This document shows, one piece after another, positions 20,004-27,714 of a stretch of DNA of 39,198 nt; position 1 is the stretch's first letter; the number at the start of each line of letters is the position of its first letter. Source of the DNA: a virus (lineage: Duplodnaviria > Caudoviricetes). Where the stretch lies: the IMG/VR virus record IMGVR_UViG_3300022936_000007, positions 1-39,198 of that record; one strand, 5' to 3'. The position numbers and the translations under genes were made by a program. Below the pieces are notes generated by a model. It was not told the origin of the DNA and searched no databases. It saw nothing but the letters and a program-made list of their open reading frames with translations.

Positions 20004-20472
20004 AGGGTACTGAGTAGATATCGTATTTGGACTTCCGGCCGATCGTCATACCAGATTTAGGGAAATCCTTACTAGGAAGCAAGAGTAGACGTTTCGGCTT
20101 TCCGTCTTGTAGGGCGATGCAGGCGTAGTAGTGTATATGTTCCTTGTAATTGTTTCGATTGAATACCCATTGGGTCGCGCCACGGGGATTGGTATACGCT
20201 TCGCAAACTTTCACATCGTAGTTTACGTCCCCCTTCCGCACATCTACCCCATCCCTAGAAAATGCTGTGTGTTCTGCCCCTATTTTGTCAGCAAACCACT
20301 TCTCCCACGTAAACCCCTTACCGGTTTCCGTGCCATAGAAACCTTCATTGTGAGCTAAATAGGATTTAGTTCCCTTGTGTTTTATCGCCCACGCAAGCTT
20401 TATGCACTTCACAGAGCAATATTTCTTACGATTTGATGGTCGTTCTGCACCACAAACTAGACATGTGTTCAT
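19993..20472 (-). CDS. Zn-finger + PD-(D/E)XK-like free-standing endonuclease
   Basis: CLVC...KYCSVKC; GFTWEKWF...VDV...YDVK; antisense insertion in the lysis operon. Confidence 0.6.
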   Translation of the reverse strand: MNTCLVCGAERPSNRKKYCSVKCIKLAWAIKHKGTKSYLAHNEGFYGTETGKGFTWEKWFADKIGAEHTAFSRDGVDVRKGDVNYDVKVCEAYTNPRGATQWVFNRNNYKEHIHYYACIALQDGKPKRLLLLPSKDFPKSGMTIGRKSKYDIYSVPFSP

Positions 20473-20501
20473 GGTATAATTTTAACACAACGAAAGTCAC
20501 A

Positions 20502-21176
20502 ATGATACTCTACGAACCATTTCCGCGAAGCGCGATAACGCAAGGTTTCTCTGAAAATGCTACTGAGACCTACAAGAAAAACGGCCTCATAGGTCACACA
20601 ACGCTCGACTATGGCGGCAAATGTGGCGACTCTATTTACAACTGCGCTCGCGGATTCTGTTATTCGGTTATGAATAAGGACAACGCGAACCTCGATAAGT
20701 ACCGTGCTGTCTTCATACTCGTTGAGGACGGTGAGTTCGTGTATGAGCTATCATACGGTCATCTGGATAAGATTTATGCCGTACCTGGTACGTGGTATGG
20801 AGTAGGCGATGTGATCGGCACACTAGGGAACACGGGGGAGGTATATATGAACGGAAAGCGCGTGACGAACGAAATCCGCGCGAAAGTACCGTGCGCTGGC
20901 GGACACCTTCATGGAGTACAAGTACGAAAATGCCGGAAAGTCTCCAAGGTAAACCCTAAAAAGAAGTATCTATCGGACGCAAATGGTACTTATGTATGGA
21001 ACGGATCGTACATCGAGATCGTGAACTACTGGAATGGCCTAAACGGCTGCGTAAACCCTATGGATTTTTACAACGGGATACTCGCTTCCACGGTAATTCA
21101 GAACATGAAGCTTCAAGTATCTCTCCTTACTAAGGTTGTATCCTTGCTTAAAATGCTTCGGGGCGTGGTAAAATAA
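20502..21176 (+). CDS. M23 family peptidase (endolysin)
   Basis: HTTLD (HxxxD), SYGHL, GDVIGTLGNTG, GGHLH (HxH), VNPM. Confidence 0.85.
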   Translation: MILYEPFPRSAITQGFSENATETYKKNGLIGHTTLDYGGKCGDSIYNCARGFCYSVMNKDNANLDKYRAVFILVEDGEFVYELSYGHLDKIYAVPGTWYGVGDVIGTLGNTGEVYMNGKRVTNEIRAKVPCAGGHLHGVQVRKCRKVSKVNPKKKYLSDANGTYVWNGSYIEIVNYWNGLNGCVNPMDFYNGILASTVIQNMKLQVSLLTKVVSLLKMLRGVVK

Positions 21177-21181
21177 TCATC

Positions 21182-21430
21182 ATGGAAACAAACAAGTGGG
21201 CTATATTGATGTCTCCCCGTTTCTGGCAGCTCGGTGCAGTCGGTCTATCCACCGGCCTTAGCGTGTATGTAGAGACCGGCAGTTGGGTTCTCGGCCTTAA
21301 TGCCGCGCTTATCGCATGGTTCCTTCCGTCGGTAGCAGTTGGTAGCTGGGATCGTGCGCAAAACAAGAAGGTAGAGGCGGCTATCGCGTCGAATATCGAC
21401 ACGAACACCATCACCTTCGAGAAGCAGTAG
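21182..21430 (+). CDS. Holin-like protein
   Basis: SPRFW followed by two hydrophobic segments; directly after the endolysin. Confidence 0.55.
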   Translation: METNKWAILMSPRFWQLGAVGLSTGLSVYVETGSWVLGLNAALIAWFLPSVAVGSWDRAQNKKVEAAIASNIDTNTITFEKQ

Positions 21431-21565
21431 AAACTACACTGAACGGCATGGCGAAGTAGGGTTCGACCCCTGAAACGCCTGAGATGCTCTGAACGACGGG
21501 CGGCTAGAACAATTCAAGCTACAAAACATCTATTCGCAGGAATAACTATAGGGCTTCTGGCGGCA

Positions 21566-22027
21566 TTGATTCTTTACCCAATCGTTGCCCGCGCATTTTC
21601 GCAGGAGAAAGAGACACTTCTTATCCACAGCTCGGACTACACAGGTCTGGCGCTCTCTACTACGACTGCTATAGTTGTTGAGTCAGGTACGCCTGAACTT
21701 TCGGACCCGCCGTCTCAACAAGCGCAGAGCCCAGATACGTCTGGGTTTTCTGCGTTAATACTAGAAACCTTCCCAGACGCTCCTTACATGCTTGACGTCG
21801 CACGCTGCGAGTCCTCTGTAAGGCAATATTTGCCCTCTGGAGAGGTTTTAATGGGCGGGGGCGGGGGAAACTACATCGGTATCTTTCAGATAGGCTCACA
21901 GTGGGTTTCTCGCGCGAAAAGCATGGGAATGGATGTGTACACGCCAGAAGGTAATATCGCATTCGCCCGGTTCCTATTCGATGACTCGGGTCCGAGCAGT
22001 CAATGGGAGTGTTTCCATAAGATATAA
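21566..22027 (+). CDS. Secreted lysozyme-like/lytic transglycosylase protein (start uncertain)
   Basis: VARCESS, GIFQI, NIAFARFLF...SQWEC motifs. Confidence 0.75.
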   Translation: MILYPIVARAFSQEKETLLIHSSDYTGLALSTTTAIVVESGTPELSDPPSQQAQSPDTSGFSALILETFPDAPYMLDVARCESSVRQYLPSGEVLMGGGGGNYIGIFQIGSQWVSRAKSMGMDVYTPEGNIAFARFLFDDSGPSSQWECFHKI

Positions 22028-22056
22028 TCAAAAGGTGCCGCTATAAGCGCACTGAT

Positions 22057-22095
22057 ACACGAAACCACCCTCTGCCCCGGGTGGTTTCGTGTTTT
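22057..22095 (+). terminator. Rho-independent terminator
   Basis: ACACGAAACCACCC...GGGTGGTTTCGTGT followed by TTT. Confidence 0.75.
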
Positions 22096-22200
22096 AATAG
22101 GGAGGTTCCCCGGAACAAAACCCTATACCCCAGTACTTAGACACAGGCTCCTTCGGGGGCCTGCTGTCGTACAATAAGAGAGGTCGCACAGGAGGCTCAT

Positions 22201-22320
22201 TTGACCGAATATATCCAGGACATCCCTACCCTGTTCCCGCTCGATCCCGTCCCTGAAAAGCCGGAAGAGCCGGAACCAGAAGACCAAGGAATCTACGAAG
22301 GGCATCCCATTCTTTTGTAG
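22201..22320 (+). CDS. 39-aa acidic/Pro-rich micro-protein
   Basis: AGGAGG 5 nt before TTG; MTEYIQDIPTLFPLDPVPEKPEEPEPEDQGIYEGHPILL; TACAAT -10 at 22170. Confidence 0.45.
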   Translation: MTEYIQDIPTLFPLDPVPEKPEEPEPEDQGIYEGHPILL

Positions 22321-22387
22321 GGAGTAAGGCCCCTGAAAGGAGGTATCCAGTCTCCGCCGCAGGAACGAAGCGGTTACCTGCAAGACT

Positions 22388-22415
22388 AAAGCCGCCCCGT
22401 AAAAAGGGCGGCTAA
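22388..22415. terminator. Hairpin terminator between converging units
   Basis: AGCCGCCC-CGTAAAAA-GGGCGGCT. Confidence 0.6.
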
Positions 22416-22430
22416 CTATCCATTCAGAGA

Positions 22431-22509
22431 CGCTGGAAGAAGGAATCGAACCTTCGTGTATGTGTTTCGCGGAACATACGATCTCGCTTTACCATTCGGC
22501 CATTCCAGC
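22431..22509 (-). tRNA. tRNA-like RNA with aberrant or absent anticodon arm
   Basis: Acceptor GCTGGAA/TTCCAGC, D-region TGGCCGAATGGTAAAGC, T-arm GAAGG-TTCGATT-CCTTC; no encoded CCA. Confidence 0.7.
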
Positions 22510-22605
22510 ACTATAGAAAGAAGTATATACCGCACTGATTTCTGATAACTCCTGCTGAATGTCAATAGCTAATGAACTATTCTTCTCTGATTACGGGCAA
22601 GTTTC

Positions 22606-22738
22606 CAGATGAGCTGGTGGGGATGAAACACTAGGCCCGAATCCGCCGACTTAAACACGAGAGTCGTTTCGTGTAGGCCACTCGTGCTGGCTACACGCTT
22701 TCGAACGGAATCCTAGCGCTCCCCCATCAACTCACCTG
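22606..22738 (-). ncRNA. Structured ncRNA with kissing loops
   Basis: Long closing stem and two hairpins whose loops GCACGAG/CTCGTGT are complementary; G-U pairs favour the minus strand. Confidence 0.65.
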
Positions 22739-22749
22739 CCCCCCTCTGA

Positions 22750-22848
22750 TGGGCTGTCACGGGAAGCCGAACGGTAGCTATCTCCATTCAGCGCTTAGGG
22801 CAGTCAATTACCCCTTCAGTCGCTTTCGCGAATCCCCCTGACAACCCA
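22750..22848 (-). ncRNA. Four-way-junction structured ncRNA
   Basis: Closing stem TGGGTTGTCA/TGACAGCCCA enclosing three hairpins. Confidence 0.6.
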
Positions 22849-22998
22849 CCCCTACCTACTACTAGTTTACCATGCGAAACTTTCGTGCAATCACTTATCC
22901 CCTTCTTTTGTTTAAGGCCCTGTAAAGAATTTTAAGCCAGTGTCCATACGAGAAGAACATACACAATGCCCCCGCAGCGAAGCCAGAAATAAATAGGA

Positions 22999-23421
22999 TC
23001 ATGACCTGAATATTACTACCATCGAAGGGAATGGCGCACTGTTTGGGTGTCCGCCGAACTTCAGACGCCCGCGAATGAAACGGATCTCCACATTCGGCTT
23101 GTTGTAGATGTAGTCGTGGAAGTATGAGGTGTCCGGCCGGGCAGGAATAAGTAGAACCGTAGTCTCTCCTCCAGCCATAGCAGCCTTGCGTACCCAGTTC
23201 TTTAGCCCGCGTCCGTAGGGAGGGTTGCAAAACACTATCTCCCCGTCCCAGGACTGCTCTAGCCCGTTGTCTTCTTTAGTATAGAACTTCGCGCACTTGG
23301 CATTCTCGGGCGTAGCACAAGGATCGAGCGTGAAATGAAACTCCTCGTTCAATTCGTCGAATATCGCCTGAGGTGTCGCCCATTCCTCGCTTTTCGAGGA
23401 GAAATGTACTGCGGTGTTCAT
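22999..23421 (-). CDS. Phage DNA N6-adenine methyltransferase (Dam-like)
   Basis: EEWATPQ, FTLDPCA, DNGLEQSW, FCNPPY, LLIPARPDT, FIRGRLKF, SAPFPS. Confidence 0.9.
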   Translation of the reverse strand: MNTAVHFSSKSEEWATPQAIFDELNEEFHFTLDPCATPENAKCAKFYTKEDNGLEQSWDGEIVFCNPPYGRGLKNWVRKAAMAGGETTVLLIPARPDTSYFHDYIYNKPNVEIRFIRGRLKFGGHPNSAPFPSMVVIFRS

Positions 23422-23591
23422 ACCTTGATTGAATCAATGGTGCTTTCGAGAATGGCTAGAACGACCTTGTTGTTGCTTACCTCGTTTATTTCTGCAATCT
23501 TTTTCACCTTCTCGCTGATTTTTGCGGGCAAACGAAGACCATTTATCATGATCGTGTCGCCTCTTTCCTTCTTCTCAAATGTAAGTTCCAT
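23418..23591 (-). CDS. Ribbon-helix-helix (Arc/CopG-like) regulator
   Basis: 57 aa, not in ORF track: ...INGLRLPAKISEKVKKIAEINEVSNNKVVLAILE... Confidence 0.6.
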   Translation of the reverse strand: MELTFEKKERGDTIMINGLRLPAKISEKVKKIAEINEVSNNKVVLAILESTIDSIKV

Positions 23592-23991
23592 GGTGTATGT
23601 ATCTGTTTAGGGGCGAATAGTCTTGTGCGTTGTTTTTCCTTTTCTAACAACGACGTCCGCAAGCGGCCTTTCAACGTATGGCTCTAACTTTCCGTGGCAC
23701 GGGCACGACTTCTCCTTACACCAATGCCTATTCGTGGAAACTGTCATGTCGAGGTCGCAACTTTCACAGCAAGTCTTCTCCATACGCAGTTGAATAGTGG
23801 GACGATTAATATTCTTGCTGTGTGTCCCGAATCGCCGTGACACTCAGAACGATAGCGAATATTGCGGGCCACTCGATACCTATAGACCAGCCCCAAGCTA
23901 AAAGCGAAGCAAAGAACAATGAAGCGAGCATCCCTTTCCATTTAAGTTTCTTCTCCATACCTACTATGTGGGTGAATGTGTTAATGGCTTT

Positions 23992-24195
23992 TTAATCAGG
24001 AAACTCTTGGAATGGCGGGTTCGAGTACTTCTTGAGCGCCAGAAGCTTGAAAAGCTTGTCCCAGAGGGTTTCGCGCGGAACCTCATACTCGTATACTTTT
24101 CCATTGTCTGCGTAGATATAGAGCATCTGGCCGCATATCGTCATCGCGTGAGCTCCAGCACCCTTCTCAAGATTTATTTCGTTAGTTTTTCTCAT
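23992..24195 (-). CDS. Hypothetical protein
   Basis: Small ORF in the leftward early cluster with overlapping start/stop. Confidence 0.5.
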   Translation of the reverse strand: MRKTNEINLEKGAGAHAMTICGQMLYIYADNGKVYEYEVPRETLWDKLFKLLALKKYSNPPFQEFPD

Positions 24196-24455
24196 ATATC
24201 TTCGTCTAATAGGGCTATTACAGAATCCATCGCCTCATTCCAACCATCTATGTTCCCGACGACGTATTGCTTCAACGACTTGTTAGGATTCGGGACTTTC
24301 TTCATCCCCTCCACCTTCTCCCTAAGAGCTGCGTTTCTCTCGAAGAGGAGATTCTTTACGTAATTAACTATGTCACGCGCGCTTCGGTCACCATCTAATA
24401 TTTCAAGACACATTTCCTGTAGGGGTATCTCCCAATCAATACGTTCGTTGGTCAT
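24192..24455 (-). CDS. Hypothetical protein
   Basis: GWNEAMDSVIALL C-terminus typical of small phage proteins. Confidence 0.55.
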   Translation of the reverse strand: MTNERIDWEIPLQEMCLEILDGDRSARDIVNYVKNLLFERNAALREKVEGMKKVPNPNKSLKQYVVGNIDGWNEAMDSVIALLDEDI

Positions 24456-24568
24456 AGGCCGTATACATAAAACATTAGTAATCTTCCAATGAGCAATCCT
24501 ATGGTTATTCCGTTGAGGTAACGAAAGAATATGTTGAAGTAACTATTGTTCATATATAGGGGTGTTGT

Positions 24569-24808
24569 TTATTGGGTGGGTAGTTCGTAGGTAATCTCTG
24601 CCTTGCGAATCTCTATCTTTTCTTTTATTCCGTTCTTCGCGGCGTGTACTACGGCCTCCTTCGCTGTTTCCTCGCTCGTGAACACCGCCCAGGAGCTGAA
24701 ACCGAGCAACTCTCCCTTCTTGCCGCGCAAATCTATATTGCAGATGTCTATTGCGTGAGTTCCCTCAATCTCGCTGACTACCCAAACATCGTAAGTCTTC
24801 TTATCCAT
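24569..24808 (-). CDS. Hypothetical protein
   Basis: 79-aa ORF in the leftward cluster. Confidence 0.5.
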   Translation of the reverse strand: MDKKTYDVWVVSEIEGTHAIDICNIDLRGKKGELLGFSSWAVFTSEETAKEAVVHAAKNGIKEKIEIRKAEITYELPTQ

Positions 24809-25028
24809 GATTCCTGGAGTTATCGAGTAGTCCTGTAAGGTGTGCGCGTACTTTCTTTACCAATTCCTCGCCATTTTCCAGGTCTTTTAGTTCCTGTTCG
24901 AGCTGTTTGCGCGAGAACGATTCCCCATACTCGCCTATGCCTCCGCCGAAAAACTGACACCATTCCCTATAACAATCGCAGGCACTGATTCCGAGGAACT
25001 CTTCGAGCTTATCCATGATTCTGTTCAC
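24801..25028 (-). CDS. Hypothetical protein
   Basis: 75-aa ORF overlapping both neighbours. Confidence 0.5.
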   Translation of the reverse strand: MNRIMDKLEEFLGISACDCYREWCQFFGGGIGEYGESFSRKQLEQELKDLENGEELVKKVRAHLTGLLDNSRNHG

Positions 25029-25311
25029 AATAGACTTCTACTTCTTCACGATCCTCCGCCGCTACCCAATACTTTCCTTCCAGGAATCCCGCGCAAAGGG
25101 AAGCGTTGTCATTAGGAAGCTCTGCCCCGTAGGCTATATCTGCGCGCCAAAGAAGGAAGAGGGTGGCAATGATACCTACGATAATTCCCGCGAAGACAGC
25201 TCCTAGGAATATATCTATCGCCCATCCCTTATGGTCGAACTTCTGTATTGGTTTTCGGCGCAAAGGACCTTCTATATGTGATATGTCGAACTCTATCTTT
25301 GATGACTTCAT
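25009..25311 (-). CDS. Membrane protein
   Basis: Probable start MKSSKIEF; central TM segment. Confidence 0.5.
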   Translation of the reverse strand: MKSSKIEFDISHIEGPLRRKPIQKFDHKGWAIDIFLGAVFAGIIVGIIATLFLLWRADIAYGAELPNDNASLCAGFLEGKYWVAAEDREEVEVYCEQNHG

Positions 25312-25395
25312 GTGGTGATTTCTTACGGTTATATAGTGAGTATATCCTAGCATGTGTTGCTTGCAAGGGGCTTCGTTGGTAGACTGTGTATAACT

Positions 25396-25917
25396 ATGGA
25401 CCACCAAAAAAGAAAGCAAACGAACCGTTTATACAGGATTTGGAGAGCAATGAAGCAAAGGACAACAAACAAGAATCATCCTAGGTATCATCGCTACGGT
25501 GGCCGCGGTATAGTTATATGTGACGAGTGGCAGGATTTTACGAGCTTCGCTAACTGGGGAGTAGAGAACGGCTACAATGACAAGCTAAGTCTTGATCGTA
25601 TAGACAATGACCAGGGATATTCTCCGCGAAATTGCCGGTGGGTAACTGCACTAGAACAGGCAGCAAACCGGGTCAATAGTTTCAATCCTCCCGTCGGTCC
25701 TGTCGTGGGTAACGTGGACGCGAAGACGCTCTACACTTACGAAGGTAAGAGCATGACTTTGTCAGAGTGGGCGAAGGAAAAGGGCATGAGACAAGGAACT
25801 CTATATATGAGGGTTGTGTACCGCGGCATGCCCTTAGATAAGGCACTTTCTGGTCGCCTCAAGAATGGCAGTGGGCTGTACCGATTGAAGAATCCCACCC
25901 CCACTACCCGGTCCTAG
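25396..25917 (+). CDS. HNH-like homing endonuclease-family protein
   Basis: RLYRIWRAMKQR...YGGRGIVICDEW...LSLDRIDNDQGYSPRNCRW...QAANR; inserted antisense to the early arm. Confidence 0.8.
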   Translation: MDHQKRKQTNRLYRIWRAMKQRTTNKNHPRYHRYGGRGIVICDEWQDFTSFANWGVENGYNDKLSLDRIDNDQGYSPRNCRWVTALEQAANRVNSFNPPVGPVVGNVDAKTLYTYEGKSMTLSEWAKEKGMRQGTLYMRVVYRGMPLDKALSGRLKNGSGLYRLKNPTPTTRS

Positions 25918-26026
25918 GAGTTCCGTCACACCACATGAGGTAATTTGGACCGGGTAGTGGAAGAACGAGTCTTCCACATGAGCATATGAAGGCCGGAGAA
26001 CAGGAAGAACGAATCTTCCTGTGAAA

Positions 26027-26281
26027 TCAGAACGGTACATCGCTAGGAGAAATATCATCCTGCTTCTTTTCCTCGGGCTTCCAATCGTTCAAGGAAAGGT
26101 AGAGTTTTCCTTCCTTCGATACGAGCAAGTCCAGGTTGATGTATCCCTTCTCGTTCTTGTTCGCCTCGATGAAAGGGATTGCCCGCTCTGCCTTCACTGA
26201 GAGCTTGCCCTTCACGAAGTCCGGCGCACCTTCGCGCGGACGATCGAAATAAAAACCCTCTGCTAGTTTCTTATCAGACAT
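26027..26281 (-). CDS. Small single-stranded DNA-binding-like protein
   Basis: Next to ERF; acidic tail ending DDISPSDVPF. Confidence 0.6.
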   Translation of the reverse strand: MSDKKLAEGFYFDRPREGAPDFVKGKLSVKAERAIPFIEANKNEKGYINLDLLVSKEGKLYLSLNDWKPEEKKQDDISPSDVPF

Positions 26282-26285
26282 AGAT

Positions 26286-26732
26286 TTATAGATTGAAGTC
26301 GTCTTTTAATGGGTCTCCTACGGCGTCCTGTACGCCCTTAGGAGCGGCTTTCGCGCTAGCACTGTTCCCATCATCGTCTGTCTCTGTGGCGAGTCCAAGG
26401 ACAGCCCCTAGAGCATAGCGTCTCATGTAGGTGAGCGCGCTCCCTGCTCCCTGTGGGTCCTGCTTTGCGAGGGGGACAGTGAAGGTGCTCTCCATCCATT
26501 CCCCGCTTTCCGGGTGCATGAGAATGGTCGTAAGTCCGTCTCCGTCCGGAAACTGCGCGAACGAGAGCCCCGCGTAGTCCAGCGCCTCTTCGATTTCGCG
26601 GAGAATATTATCCAGCGAAGCATACTTAGACTTGAAGAAACTATTGTCTACATCCTTCTTCACTGGAAGTACCTTCTCGTGGAACTTCACCAGTGCGCCG
26701 GAAATACCCTTTATTGAGTCTGATTTGTTCAT
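26286..26732 (-). CDS. erf: ERF family single-strand annealing protein
   Basis: NSFFKSKYASLD, HPESGEW, DPQGAGSALTYMRRYAL...DDDG. Confidence 0.9.
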   Translation of the reverse strand: MNKSDSIKGISGALVKFHEKVLPVKKDVDNSFFKSKYASLDNILREIEEALDYAGLSFAQFPDGDGLTTILMHPESGEWMESTFTVPLAKQDPQGAGSALTYMRRYALGAVLGLATETDDDGNSASAKAAPKGVQDAVGDPLKDDFNL

Positions 26733-26843
26733 AGTGATGTTAAGTGAATATATCGAACGGCTCATCTCCCTTCCCCGAAAGAACAATGAAGTCTGTAATG
26801 ATAGAGGCTAGTACTGCCACGATCATTAGTTGTAGTGCGTAGG

Positions 26844-27149
26844 TCATAGAAGAATCTTAGCTAGGAATTCGATAACATCCGGCTCCTGTTCGTCTAGGGA
26901 GAGGGCGAGGTTCCAGCGTTGCGACGCTTGCTCCTGCGGATAGCCAATGTCGTCCTGTTGTTCCCAAGCCATGATGCCGTTTGGGTACACAGTGAAGACT
27001 TGCTCTACCGTTCGATACTTCTCTATCGCCCGCAGTACGTCGGCTAGGGTGATGGATAGGTGATGGCCGTTACAACCGCTTACGTTACAGCTTGCTGCGT
27101 TCGGCACCGCCTCTATCACCTTCGCGCGTACTGCTTCGAGAGGAGTCAT
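26844..27149 (-). CDS. Hypothetical protein
   Basis: ITLADVLRAI...WNLALSLDEQ; 101 aa. Confidence 0.55.
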   Translation of the reverse strand: MTPLEAVRAKVIEAVPNAASCNVSGCNGHHLSITLADVLRAIEKYRTVEQVFTVYPNGIMAWEQQDDIGYPQEQASQRWNLALSLDEQEPDVIEFLAKILL

Positions 27150-27260
27150 ACCTTCATACGCTTAGCGAGCTCTTCTTTTAATTGCTCTTCTGCCGTCTTG
27201 TACCGCCAAATCGGCAGACCATCCCAGTATCCGGTAATTATCTTTTCGCGAGGGTCCATA

Positions 27261-27461
27261 CTATTTCTTGTGAATGAATACGGGTATCTCGATTTGGAAG
27301 CCACGCTCTCTGTCCTCCTGAATGGCGGTCTCGCAGTAATCGAACTCAGTACCGTTCCATACAGAGTTCTTGTCTCCATAGGTCTTTACGGTGATTACTT
27401 CGCCCACGTGCTGTTCGCACCCACCTTCGCATTTCTTAGTTTCCATACTATTCTTCATCAT
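27261..27461 (-). CDS. Small Cys-containing protein
   Basis: CEGGC..H...FDYCETAI. Confidence 0.5.
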   Translation of the reverse strand: MMKNSMETKKCEGGCEQHVGEVITVKTYGDKNSVWNGTEFDYCETAIQEDRERGFQIEIPVFIHKK

Positions 27462-27684
27462 TAGCGCGAAGCATGGTCTCTTTCACATCTCCATCCTCTG
27501 AGCTTCCTCCGGTCATTTTGCGGAGAAGGGCGCGGTGAAGGAACATTGCTTCGGTCGGGTATCCGCTGTCTCCAAGGTTGTCGATAATTACCTGGCAATC
27601 TGCGAACTTATTTTCGCGGAGAAAGACCTCAAAATCCTCTCGTGCGTTCTGTAGATTCTCTAGCTCTCCCATCGTGCGGCTCAT
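27448..27684 (-). CDS. First gene of the leftward early operon
   Basis: Probable start MSRTMGELE next to the divergent region. Confidence 0.5.
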   Translation of the reverse strand: MSRTMGELENLQNAREDFEVFLRENKFADCQVIIDNLGDSGYPTEAMFLHRALLRKMTGGSSEDGDVKETMLRANDEE

Positions 27685-27714
27685 ATGTGGTGTGTTGATT
27701 ACTTGCTTACCTAG

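Noticed and set aside
19993-20501. Group I intron in the endolysin
   Set aside because: The nuclease is antisense, there is no room for an intron core, and the downstream M23 has its own complete N-terminus
22123-22383. 86-aa minus-strand ORF in the RNA island
   Set aside because: TTG start directly behind a terminator, no motif; plus-strand signals explain the region better
22750-22848. Hammerhead ribozyme or SAM-I riboswitch
   Set aside because: CUGANGA/GAAA cores are not correctly arranged and the SAM-I consensus elements are absent
22040-22900. CRISPR mini-array in the non-coding island
   Set aside because: No regularly spaced direct repeats
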